A DNA stretch of 64,000 nt from Gammaproteobacteria bacterium (GTDB lineage Bacteria > Pseudomonadota > Gammaproteobacteria > GCA-001735895), in assembly GCA_050288105.1 (NCBI GenBank), contig JBNKDE010000008.1:22683-86682 (forward strand), in the 5' to 3' direction. This document shows, piece by piece, positions 50,087 through 59,432 of this stretch. The notes below the pieces were generated by a model. The model was given only the letters and a program-made list of their open reading frames with translations, ran no database searches and was not told the DNA's origin. The position numbers and the translations under genes were made by a program. Every line of letters starts with the position of its first letter. Position 1 is the first letter of the stretch.

Positions 50087-51469
50087 ATGACAATATTGAT
50101 AATCGACTCTGATTTATCTCGTGCACAATCGTTGCAGCATCTTTTCCACTTTATTAAATACCAGACTGAAATCCTCGACCCAGCAGGGCTAGATAATATT
50201 GATGCTGCTGGGCTATCAGATTATCTAGGTATTTTTAGCATTCAACACGAGCACGTTGTTCGAATTTTGCGTGAGCAAAACGCTCAGCACCAGATTCAGC
50301 TACCGGTCGTGCTGCTGGCAGAAAAGCAGGATCTGGATAACCAGAAGGTGGTGGTTCATCCCCCCTTTATCGCAGCATTATGCTTTAGCCCTGATTATCA
50401 TTCGCTCACCCAGGTGCTAGATCAGGTTAAATCGCATAATACCCAGGAACGACGCAAGGATAATCGACAGTGTCAGGCATTTATCGGCTGCAGCCCTTCA
50501 GTGAGTTCCATTAACCAGATGATCGCCCAGGTTGCCGATACCAACGCATCAGTGCTGATTCTTGGCGAATCGGGTACAGGTAAGGAAGTCATCGCCAGGA
50601 ATATTCATGCGCAGTCAAACCGGTCTAATAAGCCTTTTATCCCCATTAACTGTGGTGCGATTCCCGCTGATTTACTGGAAAGTGAGTTATTTGGACATGA
50701 GAAAGGTGCCTTTACCGGAGCCATCACTGCACGCCAGGGACGCTTCGAACTGGCTGAAGGAGGGGTACTGTTTCTTGATGAAATTGGCGACATGCCTTTA
50801 TCCATGCAGGTTAAATTATTACGGGTGTTGCAGGAGCGTAGTTTTGAACGTGTCGGTGGTAACCACACCATTCAAACTGATGTCAGGGTGATTGCCGCAA
50901 CACATAGAAACCTGGAGGAATTGATCGTTGAAGGTAAGTTCCGCGAAGACCTCTATTACCGCCTGAATGTTTTTCCGATTGAAGTGACTCCGTTACGTGA
51001 ACGTCGTGAAGATATCCCACTGCTGGTCACGGAGCTGGTTGATCGTATCGAACAGGATAACAGAGGGTCGGTCCGATTAACTAAAAATGCGACTGCCATG
51101 CTATCGCTATACGACTGGCCCGGTAATGTGCGAGAACTCGCCAATCTGATTGAGCGCCTGGCCATTTTATATCCGCGTGACGTGGTCGATATCAAGCAGT
51201 TGCCTGCCAAATTTGTTACTGAAAATGCCACTATCCCCAGTATAGAAGAGCCTGTCGAGGGACAGGTCGAATCTGCGACTGCGATCAACTTTAATGTTTT
51301 GCCAGACGGGGGGATTGATATGAAACAGTATCTAATGGATATAGAGGTTTCGCTGATCGAACAGGCGCTGGGTGCCACCGACAATGTGGTAGCGCGCGCG
51401 GCCAACTTGCTGCGTATGCGTCGAACAACCCTGGTAGAAAAAATGCGTAAGTACGAGATTGAACGTTAA
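50087..51469 (+). CDS. fleQ: sigma-54-dependent master flagellar regulator (FleQ/FlrA-type: FleQ N-domain, AAA+ sigma-54 interaction domain, Fis-type HTH)
   Basis: Walker A GESGTGKEV, the GAFTGA loop (EKGAFTGA), a C-terminal HTH, and a degenerate N-terminal receiver. Confidence 0.85.
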   Translation: MTILIIDSDLSRAQSLQHLFHFIKYQTEILDPAGLDNIDAAGLSDYLGIFSIQHEHVVRILREQNAQHQIQLPVVLLAEKQDLDNQKVVVHPPFIAALCFSPDYHSLTQVLDQVKSHNTQERRKDNRQCQAFIGCSPSVSSINQMIAQVADTNASVLILGESGTGKEVIARNIHAQSNRSNKPFIPINCGAIPADLLESELFGHEKGAFTGAITARQGRFELAEGGVLFLDEIGDMPLSMQVKLLRVLQERSFERVGGNHTIQTDVRVIAATHRNLEELIVEGKFREDLYYRLNVFPIEVTPLRERREDIPLLVTELVDRIEQDNRGSVRLTKNATAMLSLYDWPGNVRELANLIERLAILYPRDVVDIKQLPAKFVTENATIPSIEEPVEGQVESATAINFNVLPDGGIDMKQYLMDIEVSLIEQALGATDNVVARAANLLRMRRTTLVEKMRKYEIER

Positions 51470-51600
51470 TTGCGTCAATAAAATGCCGCCCGGTTGTGCT
51501 TTAATAGCTTTTAATTATTTAACTCGTTGAAATATAAGAATAAAGTTTAGTCGGATTGGATCCTGCAATAGTTTGACTGATGTGTGTAATGTGATCAGTC

Positions 51601-52764
51601 ATGAACTCAAATCAGCAACGCGTAGAATTACAACAGGCCTTTCATCAGTTTAATCAGGTGTCTAATGCACTGACTGAAAGCTTTATTCAATTAAACAAAA
51701 CGGTAGGCGGACTAGCTCGCGACGATGCTGAACGTCTTCCTTTTACCGATCAGGATAATATGACCCAGCAATTGCGATCCCTCATCGATGCCATCCCGGG
51801 CGCTGTTATTGTCATTAACTCGCAGGGTAAGGTAGATGATTTCAATCTTGCAGCAAGCGAGTTGCTGGGTGAGCCGTTACGCCAACATGACTGGCGTGAT
51901 ATCGTGCACCGGGCTTTTCTGACCGAGCTGGATCAGGGGGAACTGAGGACACCTGATGGGCGCCAGTTCAGCATTTCTACCCGGCCTCTGGGCTACAAAC
52001 CAGGACAGATATTGCTATTAAGTGACGTTACCCAGACTCGGATGCTGCAGCGCGCAGCGCAACAGAACCTGCACCTGATGACGATGGGTAAGATGATGGC
52101 CAGTCTGGCTCACCAGATTCGTACCCCACTGTCATCCAGTATGTTATACCTCTCGCAGATTATCGATGGCAATCTGGATCTGGAAAAAAGCCAGAAATTC
52201 ACCAGCAAGGCTTTAGACAGGATTCGTCATATCGAAAAAACCATTAACGATATGCTGGTTTTTGCCCATGGTGGGCAATTCCATATGAGCGATTTCGCTA
52301 TTACCGAATTATTAGCAGAACTGCAGGACCACCTGGCGCCACAACTGAAACTTCACAGTGCCCAACTGTATATCGAAACCTCTAATCAGAATATCCTGAT
52401 TAACGGCAATAAAGATGCCTTGCTGGGTGCCCTGGCAAACCTGTGCATGAATGCTATAGATGCCAGTGAACAGGCGTTAAAGATCGCTATAAGCGCCCAG
52501 CTAGATCGCAGAGGTGACCTGAATCTGACCGTTGCTGATAACGCAGGCGGTATGGATGAACAGACATTGCAACACCTGTTTGATCCTTTTTATACCACAA
52601 AACAGGATGGCACTGGGCTAGGGCTGGCAGTCGTTAAATCAGTGATAGAGTCGCATCAGGGGCAAATTAAGGTAAGCTCCAGGCTGGGTGAGGGCAGTCA
52701 ATTTGATATCAGCTTGCCCTGTATGACAGGCAGTAAGACTCAATTGAGCAAACAGAAAAAATGA
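51601..52764 (+). CDS. fleS: flagellar two-component sensor histidine kinase (FleS/FlrB-type: PAS, HisKA, HATPase)
   Basis: H-box MASLAHQIRTPLSS, G-boxes (GTGLGLAVVK), a cytoplasmic PAS domain, position between fleQ and fleR. Confidence 0.8.
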   Translation: MNSNQQRVELQQAFHQFNQVSNALTESFIQLNKTVGGLARDDAERLPFTDQDNMTQQLRSLIDAIPGAVIVINSQGKVDDFNLAASELLGEPLRQHDWRDIVHRAFLTELDQGELRTPDGRQFSISTRPLGYKPGQILLLSDVTQTRMLQRAAQQNLHLMTMGKMMASLAHQIRTPLSSSMLYLSQIIDGNLDLEKSQKFTSKALDRIRHIEKTINDMLVFAHGGQFHMSDFAITELLAELQDHLAPQLKLHSAQLYIETSNQNILINGNKDALLGALANLCMNAIDASEQALKIAISAQLDRRGDLNLTVADNAGGMDEQTLQHLFDPFYTTKQDGTGLGLAVVKSVIESHQGQIKVSSRLGEGSQFDISLPCMTGSKTQLSKQKK

Positions 52765-52773
52765 GGCATGTAG

Positions 52774-54102
52774 ATGATTGATGTATTAGTAGTAGAAGAT
52801 GATGCTGATCTGCGTGAAGCAATTTGCGATATGCTCGAAATTAATGATATTAGCTATATTGAAGCCGAAAACGGTCATCAGGCTCAGCAACAGCTGGCAG
52901 AAAACAACGTCGCTCTGGTATTAAGCGATGTGCAGATGAGCCCAGGAAATGGTTATCAGCTGCTTGAATACATTACGCAGAATCATGCCGGCCTACCAGT
53001 CATCCTGATGACCGCCTATGGTTCTATTCCCCAGGCGGTTGATGCGATTCAGGCAGGTGCTGTGGATTACCTGGTCAAGCCCTTTGAGGTTTCAGAGCTG
53101 GTAAAAACGCTGCAACAACAGTTGTTGCCCAGTGCGCGCCAGGCTGGCGAAGGGATGATTGCTGTCGATCCAGCGTCAAAGAAACTGGTAGAGCTGGCTA
53201 AAAAGGTGGCACAGTCCGAAGCGACTGTTTTACTTAATGGCGAAAGTGGGGTCGGCAAAGAAGTATTGTCTAAATTAATTCACCAGAACTCTCCGCGTAG
53301 TCATGGTCCTTTTGTCGCTATTAACTGTGCCGCAATACCTGAAAACATGCTCGAAGCTGCATTATTCGGCTATGAAAAAGGCGCATTTACAGGCGCGATA
53401 AAAAGCTCTATGGGCAAGTTTGAACAGGCCCAGGGTGGTACTTTACTGCTGGACGAAATTAGTGAAATGGATCTTGCTTTACAGGCGAAATTACTGCGCG
53501 TCATACAGGAACGTCAGGTGGAACGCCTGGGCAGCCAGAAGTTAATTGATCTCGACGTCCGATTGATCGCAACAACTAATCGAGACCTGAAAAAGCAGGT
53601 GGCAAACAAGCTGTTCCGGGAAGACCTGTTCTACCGCCTGAATGTTTTCCCTCTGCAGGTACCCGCCTTGCGATATAGAATCCAGGATATCATTCCGATA
53701 GCCGAGAAGTTAATCAATCGATATAGCCGTGCAGCAGGTCAGCCCACAACGCTATCAAGTGCAGCCGGACAGTTACTGATCCAGCATTCATGGCCCGGCA
53801 ATGTGCGCGAACTGGACAACGTGATACAACGCGCAATGATTTTAAAGCAGGGTAGCGAAATCACCGCAGATGACATCATGCTGGAGACAGATAATTTAAC
53901 GCTGAATGAATCCAACGAAGCAGAAGACAGTGGAAAATTACACAGCGATTTACGAGATCGTGAAGCGGAAGTCATTCTGGAAACCTTAAAGTGCCACAAT
54001 GGAAGTCGAAAGAAAACTGCCGAGCAACTGGGTATCAGTCCAAGAACATTGCGCTATAAACTGGCACGTATGCGTGATGCGGGTGCTGCAGTGCCGGATT
54101 AA
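52774..54102 (+). CDS. fleR: sigma-54-dependent response regulator (FleR/FlrC-type: receiver, AAA+, HTH)
   Basis: Receiver with phosphoacceptor (LVLSDVQM), Walker A GESGVGKEV, the GAFTGA loop (EKGAFTGA), and a Fis-like HTH. Confidence 0.85.
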   Translation: MIDVLVVEDDADLREAICDMLEINDISYIEAENGHQAQQQLAENNVALVLSDVQMSPGNGYQLLEYITQNHAGLPVILMTAYGSIPQAVDAIQAGAVDYLVKPFEVSELVKTLQQQLLPSARQAGEGMIAVDPASKKLVELAKKVAQSEATVLLNGESGVGKEVLSKLIHQNSPRSHGPFVAINCAAIPENMLEAALFGYEKGAFTGAIKSSMGKFEQAQGGTLLLDEISEMDLALQAKLLRVIQERQVERLGSQKLIDLDVRLIATTNRDLKKQVANKLFREDLFYRLNVFPLQVPALRYRIQDIIPIAEKLINRYSRAAGQPTTLSSAAGQLLIQHSWPGNVRELDNVIQRAMILKQGSEITADDIMLETDNLTLNESNEAEDSGKLHSDLRDREAEVILETLKCHNGSRKKTAEQLGISPRTLRYKLARMRDAGAAVPD

Positions 54103-54107
54103 GGATG

Positions 54108-54400
54108 TTTAACCACGGAGGACACAGAGAACACAGAGGAGGATGAGGGGAATCATATTCTGAAATCACATCTTAGGATGAGTTCTTTCTGGTTTATTCG
54201 GACCAAAAAAATTTAACCACGAAGCACACGAAGGACACGAAGATACAATAAAAATTTCTCTGTGCTCTCCGTGTCCTCTGTGGTTTAAACAAAAACCTTA
54301 CAGCCCGCACAACCAAACCGCAGCGCTAGCAAGCCACCATAGGAAACATCAAGAATAACCCAAAAAACTTCGTGACCTTCGTGTGCTTCGTGGTTCAACC
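54108..54400. repeat. two interleaved pairs of ~30-nt inverted repeats (A1 54111-54139 / A1' 54257-54285; B1 54215-54242 / B1' 54368-54398) built from an NACAC-GNAG unit and capped by TTTAACC
   Basis: A1 is AACCACGGAGGACACAGAGAACACAGAGG. The reverse complement of A1' is AAACCACAGAGGACACGGAGAGCACAGAGA. B1 is AACCACGAAGCACACGAAGGACACGAAG, and the reverse complement of B1' differs from it by 1-2 nt. The arrangement along the sequence is A B A' B'. Confidence 0.6.
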
Positions 54401-54426
54401 TAAAATCAGTAAATTTAGAACAGTCC

Positions 54427-55605
54427 TCAGACCTTGACCAGGGTAGTTTCATAACCCTGTTCGGGATTCCGCGGTACCATCTGAGACAATAGTAGCGAGG
54501 CCACAGCGAAGCCAGTCCCGCACAGAAACACCAGTGCAGGAGAAACAATCCATAAAAACCCCAGCACAAATGGCAGGATGACGGCGGCTATGTGGTTGAT
54601 AGAAAAGGCAACCCCGGCGGTTGATGCAAAATCTCTGGGATCCCCGATTTTCTTAAAATAGCTCTTCAATGCTATCGCCATCGCAAAAAATACATGATCC
54701 AGCACATACAGCACTGATGCTAGCATGGCATTTTCAACAAAAGCATAGCTGGTGAAGATGATAATCAACCCCAGATATTCCAGTGTTAGCGTTTTTCTCT
54801 CTCCCCAGAATGTCACCATCTTGCCTACTTTAGGGGCTATGTATATGGTTAAAACACCATTCACCAGAAACAGAAGTGCAATATCTGAAGCTGAAAGATT
54901 AAACTTCTCCACCATTAAAAACCCGGCGAACACGACAAATATCTGGCGTCTGGCGCCGGATAAAAATGTGAGTACGTAATACAACCAGTAACATTTTCGC
55001 AGTACCATCTTTTTGTGTTGTTCGGCCTCGCCCTTAAAGTGAGGAAAGCCCCTATAGATGATGATGGCGAGAATCACTGTGGTCATGCCACCCAGCAGGT
55101 ACACCCACTGGTAATCGATGTGCAGAAAATCCAGCATCAGGTAAATCAAACCGAAAACAAATAACCCGGTAAATGATCCGACGGCCATCTGTCGACCCAT
55201 CACGACAGGCAGTTGATCCTTACTGATCAATTGCAATGACAGTGATTGCTGCATGGTTTCGGCATAGTGGAAACCCACAGACATCAGCACAGTGGTGAAG
55301 TAAAGGCCCATCACGCTGGGCAGGTAACCGGTTAACGCGGTACCCAATCCAAGTAATACCAGCGATACAAAGGCCAGCGTTTGCTCGCGCATAAGCAGTA
55401 GCAGGAACACTGCAGTAAAAGCCAGAAATCCAGGGACTTCGCGCAAGCTTTGCAGGATCCCCATTTCGATTCCACTAAATGATGCCTGCTCGATGGCAAA
55501 GTTATTCAACAGTGTGCGCCAGGTGGAAAAGGCCAGGGGTACTGCAGCAGCCATCAGGTAAAGCAGAAATTCGGGGCGCTTCTGCCAGTCAGCCCATTTA
55601 TTCAT
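54427..55605 (-). CDS. MFS-family transporter, translationally coupled to ppc
   Basis: About 12 TM helices. The start ATG overlaps the ppc TGA stop as ATGA. The longer ORF in the six-frame track would overlap ppc by 72 nt. Confidence 0.75.
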   Translation of the reverse strand: MNKWADWQKRPEFLLYLMAAAVPLAFSTWRTLLNNFAIEQASFSGIEMGILQSLREVPGFLAFTAVFLLLLMREQTLAFVSLVLLGLGTALTGYLPSVMGLYFTTVLMSVGFHYAETMQQSLSLQLISKDQLPVVMGRQMAVGSFTGLFVFGLIYLMLDFLHIDYQWVYLLGGMTTVILAIIIYRGFPHFKGEAEQHKKMVLRKCYWLYYVLTFLSGARRQIFVVFAGFLMVEKFNLSASDIALLFLVNGVLTIYIAPKVGKMVTFWGERKTLTLEYLGLIIIFTSYAFVENAMLASVLYVLDHVFFAMAIALKSYFKKIGDPRDFASTAGVAFSINHIAAVILPFVLGFLWIVSPALVFLCGTGFAVASLLLSQMVPRNPEQGYETTLVKV

Positions 55606-58430
55606 CCGGTGTTTCTCATGCCAGCAGCGATCGCATTTATAGAACTGAGCAGGGCATCCTTCCAGTCTTCGCAATGGTCAGGATCTTTTGCGTCAGCCCT
55701 GAATTTGCGTAACAGGTTGATCTGGATATAGCACAGCGGGTCGAGATAGGGTTCGCGCCGGGTGAGCGACAATTCCAGTGTGGGTTCACTCGACAGCAGT
55801 CGTTCCGTTTGGGGAATAATCAGCGCATAACGCATGATTTTTTCATGTTCGGTAAAGATCATGCTGTATATCTTGTCTGATAGCTGTTTATTCTGGCACA
55901 GGTCCGCGTAATAACGCGCTGTTTGCATATCTGATTTAAACAATGCCATCTGCGTATTGGATATCATTGCATTAAAAAATGGCCAGTCCTTATACATTTT
56001 CTGTAATTTTTTCAGCCCTTGCTCAGGATGCAATTGCAACCAGGCATCGATGGCTGCGCCCATGCCATACCAGGCGGGCAGGGTATGGCGCGATTGTGCC
56101 CAGCCAAATACCCAGGGTATCGCGCGTACCGAAGATTTAGACATATCCCCCTTGCGTCGGTGACTGGGTCTCGAGCCGATATTCATCAGGCCGATTTCAC
56201 TGACTGGTGTAGCCTGGTAAAAGTATTCAAAGAATCCTTCTGTGTTATCGGTCAGCTCCCGATAGCTTTGCTCAGCGAGCTGAGCCAGTTGCTGCATATC
56301 GGCATAATACAGCTCATGGTTATAGGCATGTTCGCGGATAATATTGAGGCTGGATTTCATCAAACCTGTAATACCCATAGACAGTTCATACAATGCGGTT
56401 TCTTCATTACTGTATTTACTGGAAAGCACCTCACCCTGCTCAGTAAATTTGATCTGTCCATGAACGGTGTCATGCGGTTGCGACAGTATCGCGTCGTGGG
56501 TAGGGCCACCCCCGCGTCCAATGGTGCCGCCACGTCCATGAAACATGCGACATTTGACTTCATGTTTACGCGTAATTGAGATCACCTTTTTCTGCGCCTG
56601 GTAGAGCCCCCAGGCAGCTGAAACGATACCACCATCTTTACAGGAGTCTGAGTAGCCTAGCATCACTTCCTGGATATTATTAGCTGCTGCGAGCAGTGTC
56701 TTATAGAGATCATTACTTAACAGCTGATTGAGCACATCGTCGATATGGGACAGGTCGTCGATGGTCTCAAACAGGGGGCTGATCTCAATGTGACAGAAAT
56801 AAACGCCGTTAACCTTACCAACCAGACCCGCCAGATAGGCCAGATACATTACCTCCATGATGTGGCTGGCATGGTGTGTCATGGATATGACGTAATTGCC
56901 GAAGGCTTCGTTACTGATCTCTTCGCGCATCTGGCGCATGGTTTTAAATAACTGTAGTGTTTCCAGCGTATCGGCGCTGAGCGATGATTCGATGGTATCG
57001 GGTTTCAGGCCACTGCTAATCTGGTTCGCCAGATATTGCAGACGTTCGCTTTCGGGTAAAGCCTGGTAATCGATAATCCCGGCCTGCTGGAGTATTTCAT
57101 GCACTGCCATGGTATGTCGGGTTGACTCCTGGCGCACGTCCAGCTTGAGCATGAAGAAACCAAAGGTTTCAACCAGTCGGATCAGGTCTTTTAACTTACC
57201 GTTGGCCGATGTGGCGTCGTTGTGGCTCACCAGTGAGTTGTAAATCAGGTACAGGTCATCGAGGAATTCCTGACTGCTCTGGTAACAATGTATGCTGGGT
57301 TCGGTGACTTTACCTTTGAGCCTGGCCTTCACGGTACGCTGGTTTGAAGTCAGGCGATAATGCATGTAATACAGCTTGCGACGGTAGATCTCCTCTTCAA
57401 ATCGGTCGCGGGTTTCATCAAACGCCTTGATACCCTTGGATTCATCCGCAATCAAGCTCTCCATAAAAGCATCATTCGCGTTACACCAACGTGAGGAGTG
57501 AGTCAGGGTTTGAGTGAGTTCCAGCACTCTGGCACTGTATTCACGCAGGATCTCTTCGGCATGCATACGTAAGGCATTGCTGGTAGTTTCTGCAGTGACA
57601 TAAGGATTGCCATCGCGGTCACCGCCAATCCATGATCCGAATTTGATAAAGCTGGGTGGGGTGACAACCGGATTACCCTGATCATCCACGCCGTATACTC
57701 GAGAAACCGCGTTTTCGATATGGCGGTATTCCATGGCGACAGCCTGGTAGATACCGCGCTGAAAATAAGACAGACCGAGTTTGATTTCGTCGGCGACCTC
57801 AGGTCGTTTCTCGCGTACTTCGTTGGTTTGCCAGAGTACTTCAATCTGTTCCTGCAGGTGATCGATCAACGCATTTTTTTCATATCCGGTGATACGCACA
57901 TCGGTCAGATCATCGATAATCTCGAAAATCTCTCGCTGCAACTGCATCACCGTTCGGCGTTTGGATTCGGTTGGGTGTGCGGTAAAAACAGGCCGATAGG
58001 AGAGCGCATTGAATAGCAGTGCCAGATCCTGCTGGTCGATACCCTGCTGTTTAAACTCTGAGATGGTCTTAAAAAAGGAACCCTTCCAGTCAGGGTACCC
58101 AAGCACTCGCACCGACCGCCGACGTTGACGATGGTGGAAGTCTTCTTCAGCGATATTAACCAGGCTGAAATAGATCGAAAAGGCCCGGATTACCTGCTCT
58201 ATGATTTTAGGCGGTAGCTGCTCTATCAAATTGATCAACTGCAAACGCCTGGCAGCATCGTCCTGTTTGCGTAACTGAATGAAGCCCTTACGCAATTTTT
58301 CAACCGCTTTATACACCTGCGGGTCTTCATGTTTTTTTAGAACATTACCCAGCAGTTTTCCCAGTAACTTGACTCGAGATCTTAATTCCTTGTCTGAACT
58401 TGAATAGTTGGTTTCGGCTATTTCATTCAT
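55602..58430 (-). CDS. ppc: phosphoenolpyruvate carboxylase
   Basis: 942 aa, conserved catalytic blocks (VFTAHPTE, GYSDSCKDGG), and a C-terminal ...NTG. Confidence 0.95.
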   Translation of the reverse strand: MNEIAETNYSSSDKELRSRVKLLGKLLGNVLKKHEDPQVYKAVEKLRKGFIQLRKQDDAARRLQLINLIEQLPPKIIEQVIRAFSIYFSLVNIAEEDFHHRQRRRSVRVLGYPDWKGSFFKTISEFKQQGIDQQDLALLFNALSYRPVFTAHPTESKRRTVMQLQREIFEIIDDLTDVRITGYEKNALIDHLQEQIEVLWQTNEVREKRPEVADEIKLGLSYFQRGIYQAVAMEYRHIENAVSRVYGVDDQGNPVVTPPSFIKFGSWIGGDRDGNPYVTAETTSNALRMHAEEILREYSARVLELTQTLTHSSRWCNANDAFMESLIADESKGIKAFDETRDRFEEEIYRRKLYYMHYRLTSNQRTVKARLKGKVTEPSIHCYQSSQEFLDDLYLIYNSLVSHNDATSANGKLKDLIRLVETFGFFMLKLDVRQESTRHTMAVHEILQQAGIIDYQALPESERLQYLANQISSGLKPDTIESSLSADTLETLQLFKTMRQMREEISNEAFGNYVISMTHHASHIMEVMYLAYLAGLVGKVNGVYFCHIEISPLFETIDDLSHIDDVLNQLLSNDLYKTLLAAANNIQEVMLGYSDSCKDGGIVSAAWGLYQAQKKVISITRKHEVKCRMFHGRGGTIGRGGGPTHDAILSQPHDTVHGQIKFTEQGEVLSSKYSNEETALYELSMGITGLMKSSLNIIREHAYNHELYYADMQQLAQLAEQSYRELTDNTEGFFEYFYQATPVSEIGLMNIGSRPSHRRKGDMSKSSVRAIPWVFGWAQSRHTLPAWYGMGAAIDAWLQLHPEQGLKKLQKMYKDWPFFNAMISNTQMALFKSDMQTARYYADLCQNKQLSDKIYSMIFTEHEKIMRYALIIPQTERLLSSEPTLELSLTRREPYLDPLCYIQINLLRKFRADAKDPDHCEDWKDALLSSINAIAAGMRNTG

Positions 58431-58547
58431 GGGTATCGTGCCAAAGCAAAAAAGTAGGAACTGAGTGTATCAAACAATTAGGAAAGGGTTATGCATATAG
58501 AGATAGAGGATATTGTTCTACCTCTATATGCCTCGGATTGGTGCAAA

Positions 58548-59141
58548 TCAGGTTTCTTCCTTTTTTGCTGCTGGAGTTTCTGTGGTTTGTTGTTCGCGAA
58601 ACTGTTGCAGCATTTGCTGTTCGTGTTGATCCAGACGCTCGAGCATTTTTTCACGTCTTTTTTCGGCGTCAGACATGATTTCTGCCAGACGGTCAGCCTG
58701 GAATTTTTGCATGCGAGCAAAGTCACGCGCATATTTTTCAGCCGCTTTACGATCACGCTCCAGGTTGGCCTGTAAATCCGCGCGCTGTTTGGCAAAGCGC
58801 TGTTTTATTTTTTCCTCAGTCATAGGCTCAGGAGGTGCCATGCGTGACAGTTCCTCGGGCGTTGGGAATTCAGGTGTAAACTGAGGCTGCATGGGTGGGC
58901 GTTGAAAGTCCGGGTGATGCATTGGGTAGGGCATATCGGCGGGTGGCATTGCACGGTTGTGCATCATCGGGCTATCCATCATAGGTCCACCTATCATAGG
59001 ACGATTCATCATCTGTTCATGCATCATGGGGTTATGCAGCGGTGCCACCGGGGCTGAGGGTGCTGGTTCCTGAGCGTGTACGGGTGCGTTAAAACTAACG
59101 AGTGCCAGAGCGCTGCTAGAAATAAGGGTCAATATTTTCAT
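58548..59141 (-). CDS. periplasmic Met/Pro/His-rich protein with a C-terminal Spy/CpxP/ZraP-like helical domain (putative metal-binding envelope-stress protein)
   Basis: Signal peptide (ALALVSFNAPVHA), then about 80 aa rich in M/P/H (MMHEQMMNRPMIGGPMMDSPMMHNRAMPP), then a charged helical region with an LTxxQ-like PMTEEKIKQ. Confidence 0.5.
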   Translation of the reverse strand: MKILTLISSSALALVSFNAPVHAQEPAPSAPVAPLHNPMMHEQMMNRPMIGGPMMDSPMMHNRAMPPADMPYPMHHPDFQRPPMQPQFTPEFPTPEELSRMAPPEPMTEEKIKQRFAKQRADLQANLERDRKAAEKYARDFARMQKFQADRLAEIMSDAEKRREKMLERLDQHEQQMLQQFREQQTTETPAAKKEET

Positions 59142-59432
59142 TATTAGGTCTCCTGCTTATGTCGAGTGAGATTTGCTAACATCCTGATCCGCCAGCCAGG
59201 CTAGATCGTAATGTTTTTTAAAATGGTTTAGAACGTGTTAGCAGGCGCTAACAATAACATGACATGCTGTTTCAGCCAACGAAACCAGAGTGAGTCAGAT
59301 TGCCTCCCGGGTGACCTGAAAAACGCGCGATAGCGAGAAATTGAGCACTAAATCCCAGCAGGGTTTGTATCTCATCGAGATATCTGTGACTATACTCGCG
59401 GAGTTAAATTCAATCATCACTGAGGAGTTAAC

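Noticed and set aside
51470-51600. Possible sigma-54 promoter upstream of fleS (GGATTGGATCCTGCAATA)
   Set aside because: The GG-to-GC spacing is 11 or 6 rather than 10. Too weak to call by eye.
54103-54426. Possibility that the repeated elements are a CRISPR array
   Set aside because: The repeats are inverted partners, not regularly spaced direct repeats with unique spacers. No cas genes are nearby.
56019-56579. 186-aa plus-strand ORF inside ppc
   Set aside because: It is antisense to highly conserved PEP carboxylase sequence.
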